From Paragordius varius (taxonomy: Eukaryota > Animalia > Nematomorpha): a stretch of DNA of 64,000 nt. A program made the translations under genes and the position numbers. Shown here piece after piece: positions 27,382 to 38,512 of the stretch. The notes under the pieces are model-generated. The model made no database searches. It had not been told where the DNA came from and was given only the letters and a program-made list of their open reading frames with translations. How positions within the stretch are numbered: the first letter of the stretch is position 1; each line of letters opens with the position of its first letter. The DNA lies in the NCBI GenBank assembly GCA_964247055.1, contig OZ176056.1:7812001-7876000 (forward strand), written 5' to 3'.

Positions 27382-27859
27382 TTTATTTATTTTATGTTAT
27401 TGGGGCTAGAAAATATTGTTTGTGTAGCAAAATTGCCAATAATTTGAATAATTATTATGTATTGGAGAGTTTATTTAGACATTTTTATTTTACCTTGTTT
27501 TGCATTTATAATATTCCGTCGCCAATAAATTCCTAGTCTTCCTAGCGATATTTTATAAAAACACATGGAGTTTTTACAAGATTATAAATAAATTACCACC
27601 TCACTATTTTATTTATTACTGTTTTTTGTCGCTCTATTCGCTAATTTATATGTGTCCGATCGATAAATAAATTGATCATAAAATTTAAGATGGCATAATC
27701 TTTAGATATTAAAGAATTGTGTCAGAGTTATATGTCAAGTTTGAAAAAATAACTTGGTAGTCGATACTCCAGTCGCCCTGCATGAGGCTTGCAGCACAAT
27801 ATTATAAGTTGCTTTTATTTTTACATTATTTCATACAGTATAAAACACTTTTTGGTAAA

Positions 27860-28250
27860 AACACTCAATTTCGGAATTATAAATATGTGCATCGGCATTT
27901 TGCCCCCTATCAGGTAATATATGAATGCCATACCAAAAATAAGGTTAATTCGTCAAGCCATACAACGTGTTGAAATTATTGAAGTGCTACTTTATGAGCA
28001 TGTACCTCATTAATGCAAAGATGTATTAGTGGGATGACAGGTCTAAAGAGTATGACATTAATTTTTTCATCGATGCGATACTAAGGTGTATTTCACGTGT
28101 TTTTATGTGGAGGGGGCATTGTCATTTAAAATCACTTTGCTACGCCTTCTGGCCCATTTCGGTCGTTTTTCGATTAGGTAGAGTTTAAGTCAGAAGTGTC
28201 CAACAAGCGGCCTTCCAAAATATTTTGCAGCTAAATACAACATTTTGAAA
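27860..28250 (-). mobile_element. Second degenerate mariner transposase relic
   Basis: Fragments LIEKRPKWARRRSKVIL-NDNAP, YSLDLSSH*YIFALM...*HFNNF and FWYGIHILPDR match mariner EKRPEWARRHGKVILLHDNAP, YSPDLAPSDYHLFASM...QHFNNF and FWHGIHKLPERW. Confidence 0.75.
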
Positions 28251-30117
28251 ATTTTAGTATAATGATATTTTTAGACATATTCCTGAATAAGTCTTTTAAA
28301 ATTTTGGCGATAACTAGAAAAAATTGTTAAAATTAAGGGTAAGGTTAAAAAACTTTTATGATTGGATTAGGTTTTTCAAGTCATGGCTTACTTTCATGTG
28401 ACATAACTTTTTATTAGGGGAGTTAAGTCAAGCAAGAAAACTTGATTCGGAAAAATTATATAATCAAGTAAAATTAAAAGGTTTTGCAAATGAGTGTAGG
28501 GCACATTTGCACATATGGATAAAATTATTTTGGAAATAATTTATATGATAATTTAGATTTTATATGTAATTAAATCCTTTGTTACGTTATAAACTGTTTA
28601 TTTCATTATAATTGTTGGATAATTAACCCATTGAAATGGAGTGGATACAAAAGAGAATAAAATTTTTTGGGGTATTTACAGGATGCATCTGAAAGTATCC
28701 CGAGTTTATTGATTAATTAAACCCTCAAACAAACATTTAAACACATATAATGTTGAATGTCTTTTTAAGAAACCCCCAAAAAATCAGGTAAACTTTTTTT
28801 AGTATAAATAGTGTATTTACTGATAATTTTATCAGAAATTGGATTTTTAGTAAAAACTGATATTATACGGACAATGTAAAAATATAATCACAAATATTTT
28901 TTTAAAAAGACAACCACTCTAATTAAATCTTGATCTATTATAACTCATGGCAAAGTCTGAAATAGAGTATATATATATATTACTAACACAATTAATTCTA
29001 TATTTTACAATACTAACTAAATAGCTTATATAAGAAAAAAAGAGGTTTCAAAAATTATGGTTGTCTTTTAGGAAAATTTTTTTTATTTTTACGTTTTGTC
29101 CGTATAACAATTCTTACTGATTTTTTATCTATAATACATACTGTACAAAATTATAAATTTGGTCGCTAATACATATAAAAGTAGAAATAATTTAAAAAAA
29201 ATTGATTAGCAAATTTTATTTGGAGAATTACCAAAAAATATATTTTGATTTTTATTTAAATGGTCAAATCTTCCTTCTATTTTATTCCCTTTTTTAAAAC
29301 ATGAAAGAGTTTATTTCCATCATAAATATATTTGTAATGCCAATAATCAATTACAAATAATACATTATTTTTGTAATAAACATCCCATTAAAATGCAAAA
29401 GAGCTCAAAATGACTAGCAAAACGTGAAGTAGTCTGAAGAAATACCAAGAATTCGTATTGGACACTAGGGCAGATAATTTCTCGATCATCGAAAAAAATA
29501 GCGCAGGATATAAAAAACTAATCCATGATATTTCTTCTGGTGTAGGGAGTAAATAAATGAAAAAACTCCATAATTTTTTAGGTATTATACCTGAAAACAT
29601 CATGCTAAACTTGTAGTTAAATAAATCAAGAGTGTTTTAAAGGCAAAAGGTTTTGTTAACTTACAATTTTTAGGTACCTGGCCCAATTTTTAAAAAATTA
29701 TAATATTTTATTTTAACATAAGTGCCATTGAATTAAAAATTTGAATAAATGAGTAAGGTATTAATTGTTTATTATTAGGTGATTATTTCATAATTTTGGT
29801 GGAAAATAATCATATTAGTTTCCGTAAAATTCGAATCGGGCGGCAAAATATGTTACATCTATGAGCAAAATACAGTTAGGGTTCCACCGATCTTCTGCTG
29901 TATGCTTGTTGGATTAAGTAAGCTTGCTTAACATGCCACGCTTGACTTGCGAGCCATGTGCGACATTTTATCACTCCACCCAAATAATAATATTACAGTC
30001 TTATGTTAAAAATTAAAAAAATATTTGTTAATTCCAATATATTTTGCGAACCTGGCCCGGCAGAGTTTTCAATCCTAAAATGCGGCCCGTGAAGACATTG
30101 GTACACCCATGGTTTAA

Positions 30118-30494
30118 CACTTGGATACAACATTCATTTTTGTCATTCGAGTTAAATCGGGATCCGATACCCCAGGCTTTAAAAATAATTCAAAAAATAT
30201 TGATAAATTAGAAACATGGCAAAAGTTTGCACTCATATAACATTAATGAACCGAAAAAATAAAATTAGTTGAGTTGATATTACTTATTCGATAAAACCGA
30301 AACCAAGATTTAATTAAACTCATGTTTTGCGAAAATGTTTTGAAATAAAGATGGCGTCGCAGTATTAATACGGAACTTTTTTTGGAATAAAATTTTTATT
30401 AGAATAGCCTAAATTTAAATTAAAATCGTTTCTATCATTTTTTATTAATTTAATTATTGTGTGGGGTATATAGGTCCCCGATTTGAATCAAGTG
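30118..30494. mobile_element. TTAA-flanked MITE (piggyBac-like)
   Basis: TTAA at 30114-30117 and 30495-30498; CACTTG...CAAGTG termini; same family as 9026-9595. Confidence 0.65.
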
Positions 30495-31090
30495 TTAAGT
30501 CAATTTTTTGGCAGTGGCGTTATGTATTATATATTTTAAAATAACGTTTGTTTATGATAATTGAAACTATATACGGTTTGCATATATAAAAATAATAATA
30601 AATGATAATTAATTTAGAGAACATATAAGGGTATATAAATTTAACGGCCTTAAGATAACCCTCATCTGAAAAATAAATCTTTAATTATATTGATATAATT
30701 TCCAAATCATTATTAAACAAAAATATTTTATAGCAAATGATATATATTTTTAAGTATTATATTTATTTTTTTTTCAAATTTTTTGCCTACCGTAAAAATT
30801 GTTATTTTTTTATAGGGCAGTTGCTATAAAAAATAACATTTTTTAGTTGTAAAGCTCTAAACCAAAGTCAACACGAGAATCCCGAGATATTTATGCATCA
30901 GATATAAGTTTGATTACGCTAATTTTAACGCCCCGATCTTGTGCCCAGGGAATATAATCACGCAAACCGGACGCCGAATAACGGATGTCAATATACTATT
31001 GATTATATAACATTTTTGCTAAAAATTCGGCAGTTTATTATTTTATGCATCCTCGGTAGTATTAAACATGTGCTTTAGAAATCTTTTCAG

Positions 31091-32013
31091 ATGATTCAAT
31101 GTTCTGTGTGCTTAGATAAAATTGTTCGGAAGCCCGCGGCCCTTAAATGTATAATTTTATTTAAATTTTAGGTGGTCATATATTCCACATCGATTGGTAA
31201 TAATTATAAATTTAGTCATAGCATTTCAAATGTGAAGTCACTTTGTCCTATGTGCAGGTGTAATTTTAAGAACGAGGAAATATATGTTTTACACGTTGAT
31301 TATGCTAGTGAAGTATAATGACATAATATTTTTATAGAATCCAGAAACAGATTTAAAGCACAAGGCTTTAAGTTGAATATATAGCTTATATTTAGAAAAA
31401 GAAAATGAATTATTGAATGTAAAATATAAACACTTACTTAAGGAATTGACCAATTGCAAAAGCGAATTGAACATATTTAAACTCAAAGCGAACCAAAAAG
31501 TAAAACCTTAATTATCAACTTTAGGACACAAAATGTCTCAAAGATTATGAGGAAATAATAAATAATTTATCTGTTGAAAATGCCTTGCAAAAAACTAAAT
31601 GTGAAAAGCTCTCAAAGTATTAAATAGAATTAGTTTCTAGTTTAGTTACAACCCTAGAAAACAGTATTTCAAAATTAAGAAAGCATGAAGAATTAGCGAA
31701 ACCCACTCTAAATTATAACAAGATAAACTCGATTATGACAAAATATAATTCAAAACCGTTTTCTGATTCAAACGTAATTGATTTAGCATTAGATCAAACT
31801 GAATCGCCAAAATTTGGGACTCTGAAGCATAAAAAGACAAACCAAACTCAATATTCTCCCCTCAATTATGTGACAAAAAATAGTGGCCTTAAATCCAAAA
31901 ATAATTTACAAACTAGTGCTAATAGTTCATCACATCACAATCATACAAGAAATAAAAAAATTAAACTTCGGCTCCCGTTTGAAAACGTTTCATCAACATT
32001 TAGATTTGAATAA
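31091..32013 (+). CDS. RING-H2 plus coiled-coil protein (TRAIP/NOPO-like E3 ligase architecture), 7 exons, 258 aa, split by six 23-25 nt introns
   Basis: Exons 31091-31148, 31172-31196, 31222-31312, 31338-31371, 31396-31499, 31525-31616, 31641-32013 (777 nt, open). Translation MIQCSVCLDKIVRKPAALKCGHIFHIDCISNVKSLCPMCRCNFKNEEIYVLHVD... gives a full C3H2C3 RING, followed by heptad-rich KENELLNVKYKHLLKEL...LVTTLENSISKLRK and a basic low-complexity tail. Confidence 0.85.
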
Positions 32014-33130
32014 ATTTTATATTTTTTTAAATATATGAAACCCTATATACGGTTGACTATTAAGCAATAAATATTACCAAATATTTTTTTTTAATATAAA
32101 GGGCGAATATTTATGTGCACCAAATTTAAGCCACCCATATTTCTTTAATGCAAATGTTTATGACAATAGTTAATGTAAACAAGCAATATATTTTTACTCA
32201 TACTGTACCTTATAATAGCAATCTATGTCTTTGGGTTTTATTTAAACTGTAGCCGTGTTTTAAACTTTTTTAATCTGCCGTATATAGATTTAATTAGTAC
32301 ATTTAAAATTACACTATTTTTAATATTATTTTAGAACTCTAGGTATTTATCATATTTTGTTGTTAACAGTTTTTGACCGAGATTCATAGAGGCTTTATGA
32401 AATCAGGAGTCCGGTTTGATGTTTTCTTTCCATGATAATATTGATATCATAATTTATACTCGATGGTTAATTGAGAAGATTTTTTACATAGCACACATAT
32501 ATATGTACAACTTATGATTTTACAGATCACTAAAAACTGTTGCGGTTAGCGAATTTTCATGCCCTAACCAACACCGCGGGCAGGTGGCAATAGCATTTTG
32601 TTAACTAAAGATTTCAAATTTAATTATTTCATGCAGCATATTAGACTGTTTTTGTTTGCCAAAATTTAAAGAAAAATATTGGATATCGCAAACAAAACAT
32701 TTTCATCAAATAATTTAATCTTTTATATATAATGTATTATTCGCTTGTCGATTTAACTGAAATCTTTAACTAATTAATTTTGTTAAAATATTTATTGAGA
32801 TCTGGTAATATATGCTTTTCCGTTGATTATAAGGAGGGTAATATATGGCCCTTTTCATTCTTACCATTTTTGTAATTTATGAGTTTTTCTGTGATGATAT
32901 GAATATTTAATCCCTTCGTTTACTGTAATTATTAAATTGATATTTTAACGCATTTTTGAAAAGGTGTATCAACGGTGTACAATAACTAAATTGATAATTA
33001 CCATTTACACCTCGAAATCACCCTTGAACAATTTAAATTACCCTAAAATAAACTGTCTTTTCTTAATAAAAACAACTGTCCTATATCTAATTACTAAAAA
33101 ATATAAACTATGCCATAAAAATATAATGCC

Positions 33131-33420
33131 TGTTGTTGTTGAGCCTGGAGTCATTAGCGATTTTATAGGAAAACCTTCTTCATTCGGTTCTCTCGTGGGC
33201 TTTTTAAGACAGTTTTTGCAGTGACATTTTGGAAAGTGATAAAATTTCCTCTATCCAAAAAATACGTCTTCGTCCTATCTTGCCATTTACCTTTCCTAAC
33301 ATAATATCCTTTTCGAAAAAAATTTCTCGAATTATGCGTCCAAAACAACCTGATTTTTTTTTACCATTATATCGCGAGGACTTAACGCATTTCATGAATT
33401 ACCCTTGTGTTTTTAGGGTC
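33131..33420 (-). mobile_element. 5'-truncated RTE-clade (BovB-like) LINE 3' end, inserted into a 21-bp-repeat MITE
   Basis: Translation FGRIIRE..FEKDIMLGKVNGKIGRRRIFWIEEILSLSKMSLQKLS*...ERTE*R resembles the RTE ORF C-terminus FGHLMRR..LEKTLMLGKIEGRRRRGRQRMRW..I....MSL..L; ends in a (CAA)n tail at 33131-33141. Confidence 0.7.
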
Positions 33421-33849
33421 CATATATCCTAAAAATAAGTTTTTTAAACAATACTAGAATCTATAATTATGTCTTTAAAACAATTTGCTGTAAACATATA
33501 GGCGTTATCCAACATTTCGAGTAGACACTAAATGCAAATAAAACTTGAAAATAAAAGAAATATTTTTTTTCAAAAGATCGCTGTCTTTTTTGAACTTTAT
33601 TTTTAAATAACTAATTGGTTTAAAAAGATCGTATATTGGTAATACAATCAATTATATATATTTTAGAGTCGTAATTAGATATTTTATTCTAAAAAATTAG
33701 GTTTATAAAAGTATGGTTTTCATTTAATTATGTTTTATAATTTCAATTTTTATCATGCTTTTTAAGTAAAGTACAGATGCCAATGAGAATCTTAAAAACC
33801 CAATGGCTAGCTGAGAAAATGCATAAAGGAAATATTTATTATATCATTA

Positions 33850-36800
33850 TTATTTTGGAGTGATTGATAATGGTGACACCATAAGATTAGGCATGAGCAA
33901 AGTAAGTTCCGGGAAATAATTGATACATTTTTGAAGTTCCGTACTGGTCAATAAATTAAAATTTATTTTGGATAAAATTTGTGCCAAACAACCCAATCGG
34001 CTTATATCATACTTGATCCAATCTATTGCCAAAACAAAAATGTTTGATTCATCTCGAGCCTGATTTGATGAGTTTTCTAACATTTCTATCACATTTTGAA
34101 GCGTAGCATCCCTTACCCACATCGAACGGCTAAATGCTAAAGTATGTATAATAATAGTAATAGTAATTTGCAAATCACCACCCACCCAGTATAAGGATAA
34201 AAACAAAAAGGTGTTGACAGCTATTTTGTTATAAAGATGCGTGTCTATATTATACGCACATTTTTTTGTCGCTAAAATTATCCGAACATATAAAATTAAA
34301 GATGTTATTAATTTACACATGTCTATTCCTAATTTCGCAATCTAAAACAATTTCTTTTAAATATATTTTAAATATAATTCTCTTTACATAAATTATCTAT
34401 CCGTATATTTGTTTTTAAGTAAGTTCCTTATATCTAAAAATTTATTGGAACATATAAACTTGGATTTGGTTCCGTTATTGGATTTGTTTGAACAAAGCCA
34501 CATTGCATCATGTTAGTTTGCGCATTTCTGTTGGGTACATATGGTTGAATATTTCGATTTTGTGGATGAACATAGACTGATTCATTAATAATGCTACTTT
34601 TGTTAGCTTTGTTCATTAACTTATTGGTTTGTTGTGCCGATATTTCATATTGCTGTATAAGATGCCCCAAAACAGGAATTCCCAAAAAATTAACACTATT
34701 TTTCCATAACTCAATATCTTCGGGTGATATATCTATTTTTCCGCCAGAATAAATGAACAATAAAATTTTATCGAATATTGCCGTTTTTATTTGTGAGCTC
34801 GATGGTATAAATATTGTGTCTAAGGGTATGTTTTGTTCCATGCCTTCAGTACATTTTTTATCTGTCAGGCTTGATTTTGTGGATTCCAAAGTGGCTGATA
34901 AATCAGATTTCAATGCATTTGGTACTTCCTCTTGAATTAAATGGCTTTTCCTTTGGTTGGCTAACAAGACACTACTCTGTTTATTCGTGGATTGGGGAAA
35001 CGTTGCGAGGAAAGCATTATTCAAATATGTACTGTATGAGCACACTAGAGATTTATGAACCTTGAATGGTATGCCCTGTATCATTATACGGCCATCAAAA
35101 TTGTCTGTGGTTCTGGTCGTATCTAAACTCAAATGTTCCAAATAATGAATATATTTCCAGGGAGAGGGCTGGTTACCTCCTAAAAGCGTAGAGTCGGAAT
35201 GTAAAGTTTTGTTGATAATCTGTGGACCAACTTCCTTTTGTGGAGAATGGGATAAATTAGTGTGGGGACTTTGTGGCTGGGATAGATTTGGGGTGGTGGC
35301 GGTTTTTATACTACTATCTGTTTTCCCCAAAATAAGCTTCTTTTCAATCATAGTAAAATGGCGCAGAAAATAAGGGATCTTAAATTTGACACAGGCATGT
35401 TTACAAGCTTTAATCTCTTGTTCGGTAAATTTGAAGGTTTCTTCATTCACTAAATCTCTGCTATGAAAAGTTGTCATGATTTTAACAATCAATTGTAGCG
35501 TTTGTGGCGAAACTCGAAAGTCATTTGGAATTGGTATTTCTTGAACTGTTGGATTAGAACATATTATGTTGGCAAACAGCTCACTATTATAAAAATGGAT
35601 TGAAGTATATACATAATATATATATATATATATATATATTTAATAAAACTCTCCTGCACAACAAAGATTTTTATGCATTAGCTGGCCCTGTCATGCTTTG
35701 CTTGATGTAGTTTCACCGATAATTATTCATAATAATTTGCAATAAATAGAGGTAATAAAGATTAAAAATAATGAATAACATATTTAATAAGAGGAATTTT
35801 AATTATTCTTATACGGGTTTTTGCATAGGCTCAAATAATGTTACTCGAAATTGACCATATTTAAACTGTCCCTTATTAAAGATAATATTCATCTATCATT
35901 AGAATTATTTGAGAATTTTCGTTTTACGAAATCATGGTTAAAGTGTTCACACAGCTGGGATAAGGGATATAAAAGTAAATCATTTGTTGTCCCTTTAAAT
36001 GAAAGAATGATATTATAGAAATTCCACAGAAATGTGTTTAACTGAACTCTCTATCACTTCTTAGGTTATTTGAAAATTAACTCCAAAACTACGTCTATTT
36101 TGTATCGCGTCTCAGTTTTTAACCGCTAGACCCCTACCCATAGACCTATATGGAAATGGCGCTGAGCTAAATACTTTGCCATATTTGGAATCATCATTGA
36201 TACCATCGTCTCATGGGTTATTCGAAAAAATAACTCAACACTTAATAATCGTTATATGATGGTGTATTTTTAGGGCATAAAGGCCCCCAAATTAACGAAT
36301 AAAAGACGCCTGACCTTTTTTACCTGGTTACGAGTAATATTTCAAGCTTTTAATAAGCTTATATGACTTAATTTATTTTATGTAAATTAGCTCCAAAACA
36401 ACGCAATTTCTATATAGTGGCACAGTTTTTGGCGGGTAGCCCCTAATCCAGGGGCAGGATAAAAATAGCATTGGGCAAAATTTGTGCCTTTATATGGGAA
36501 ATACTGGAATTATCATGGATTCCATATGATTCTATTAGACTCATAGGTTTTGTGAAATTTTGTCTACAGGCATGCTGTATCGATATAGTGACGCAGTTTT
36601 ACGCGGGTAGCCCCCTAACCAGGGGCGAAACAAAAAAACGCTCGATTAAATTATTTGCCTGAATTCGGGTAACTTCTGGAATCATGATTGATTCCATATG
36701 CTTTCCTGGGATTTTCGAATTACATCCAAACCAAAAAGTCATTCTATGGTGGCGCATTTTTTAGGGCAAGGGCTTCATTAAGGAGTAATTTAATAAACAG

Positions 36801-38512
36801 CTCTACTTAAATTTTTGCTACGGGTAATATTTCAAGCCCTTATTGAACTCATATGGCCTGATAAGTTTTCTAAAATTTGCCTCTAAAGTCAGTATCGATA
36901 TGGTGGCGCAGTTGTTGGCGGGTAGCCCTTTACCCAGAGGCCAATATAAAAAAGACTTTCGAGAAAATTTTTTGTCTTTATAGGGTAATATGTGGAATCA
37001 TCATTCGTTCCATATGTTCTTAATAGTTTTTGAAGAATGACTTCAAGAATAAATATTAGATCAATGATAGCGCATTTATTAGGGCGTAAAGGGCCTAATT
37101 AATGGCTAATTTTAAAAAAGCCGCTCTACTTAAATTTTTGACTTACGGGTAATATTTCAGGCCCTTATTAAACTTATATGGCCTGATAAATCTTAAAATT
37201 AACTCCTAAACAACGTAATTTCGATATGAGGGCACATTTTTATACGAAAAAAAAACGCTTGATTAAAATTTTTGCCTTTTTACGGCGAATACCTGGAATA
37301 ATAGATTCCATATGTTCCCATTAGTTTTTGAAAAAATTGCCTCCAAACTAAAATATTTTTCTATGGTGGCGCATTTTTCAGGGCGTGAAGGGCCTAACTA
37401 ACGGCTAATTTAAAAAAACTGCACGACCTAAATTATTGCCTTGGTAGGCGTAATAGTTTAAGCAGCTATTGAACTCATATTGCCTGATAGGTTTTCCCCC
37501 GTTGTCACTCTGTTTTGATATGACGGGGCAGTTTTTAGCGTGTATCACCTTACCCAGCAGCCAATATAAAAGAAACGCACGACTAAAATTTTTGCCTTTT
37601 AACAGAAAATACCTGTCCTCTTTGAATTTTTACGGTCAAATACCTTGGGTGAAAAATAAAAAAATTATTTTTGTGGACTATTTTTTTGATAAAAATGGTA
37701 TTTTACGGGGGGAGCGGGGAAAAAGAGGGTTGAAATCAAAAAAGCGAGCCGACATTCGACGCAATCAAAAATTAGTAACAAAAAATCATATTTGAAACAT
37801 ATGGTCCAACACTTTTTCCGGAAAATTGTCTCAAAGACAAGATTTTTAAGGACTTCAAAAACCCGTTTTTTACACGGGGTGGGGCCTAACTTAGAAAAGG
37901 ACGAAGCTATTGTCGGGGCATTTATGATTATATTTTTTCGACATTTGTATTTGAATGGGTCTACAGGTTTCCGGAAACAGATCACAAAGCCAGCATTCCA
38001 TTTTTATAAATATCTAGATTTATATTAAGCAACTTGTTAGGTTAGCTTCTGTTCACCTTTTATACAAATTAGTCTTCAAAACTACAAGTACTTAATTTTT
38101 GCAGCTATTTTACCGCATGGAAATAATCAGAGTCAATGTGAGTCATTTATAATATCTATGCGACATTGTATACACTTAGAAGATTTTGACTATTTCAAAC
38201 TTAGTTTCCTCATATGGTCCCTCAAAAACATAACAAAGTCCCATCCCTTTGAAATAAAATTAAAAATGGAGAATTATTCCAACCCCTTTTCATAGTTAAA
38301 CCTTAGGTAAAATGCTCTATATTTTATATTATGGCTGATAAACATTATTTAAAAAGCGTATAGAACCAGTATAAAACTATGGCTAATATATCTGTTATCC
38401 CCGTCGATCATATACCAGCCTAAATTACACCATTGTTTCGGTAAATGTGTAATGTTATATTGGTCGCACCACCATGCGCGGGAGATAAGTCAATACCATT
38501 ATAACAAGCCAT
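33850..38512 (-). CDS. Tandem-BTB plus BACK domain protein; no kelch repeats seen; exon boundaries partly uncertain
   Basis: Large exon 35583 to about 34450 holds the C-half of BTB1 (ELFANII..EIPI..VSPQTLQLIVKIM...ACKHACVKFKIPYF) and BTB2 (GRIMIQGIPFKVHKSLVCSYSTYLNNAF...FDKILLFIYSG..IDIS). About 34341-33850 gives BACK-like ESNIFVLAIDWIKYD..RL..LAQILSKINFNLL. Candidate 5' exons 38512-38429 (MACY...TNITLHIYRNNG) and 35681-35650 (LMHKNLCCAG) complete BTB1. Confidence 0.7.
35678..38018 (-). mobile_element. Non-autonomous Helitron with internal tandem subrepeats (copy 1)
   Basis: On the minus strand it starts a|TCTAGATATTTATAAAAATGG and ends GCATGACAGGGCCAGCTAA|t (CTRR end, A|T target). Near-identical ends at 42617-43818 and 53103-55112. 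No Rep/helicase ORF. Confidence 0.75.

Noticed and set aside
31338-31640. Pseudogene or reassigned stop codons (TGA/TAA read-through) as the explanation for stops in the coiled-coil region
   Set aside because: Every stop and the frameshift lie inside GT-AG segments of 24-25 nt, and other genes in the window end normally at TAA, TAG or TGA.
32964-33432. Cluster of overlapping short ORFs on both strands
   Set aside because: Explained by a MITE arm plus the RTE LINE 3' fragment.
36471-38028. ORFs 36471-36662, 37469-37795, 37665-37985, 37792-38028 (and 53108-53338, 54206-54388) as captured genes
   Set aside because: They lie within the repeated Helitron body, are not conserved as open frames between copies, and have no recognisable motifs.
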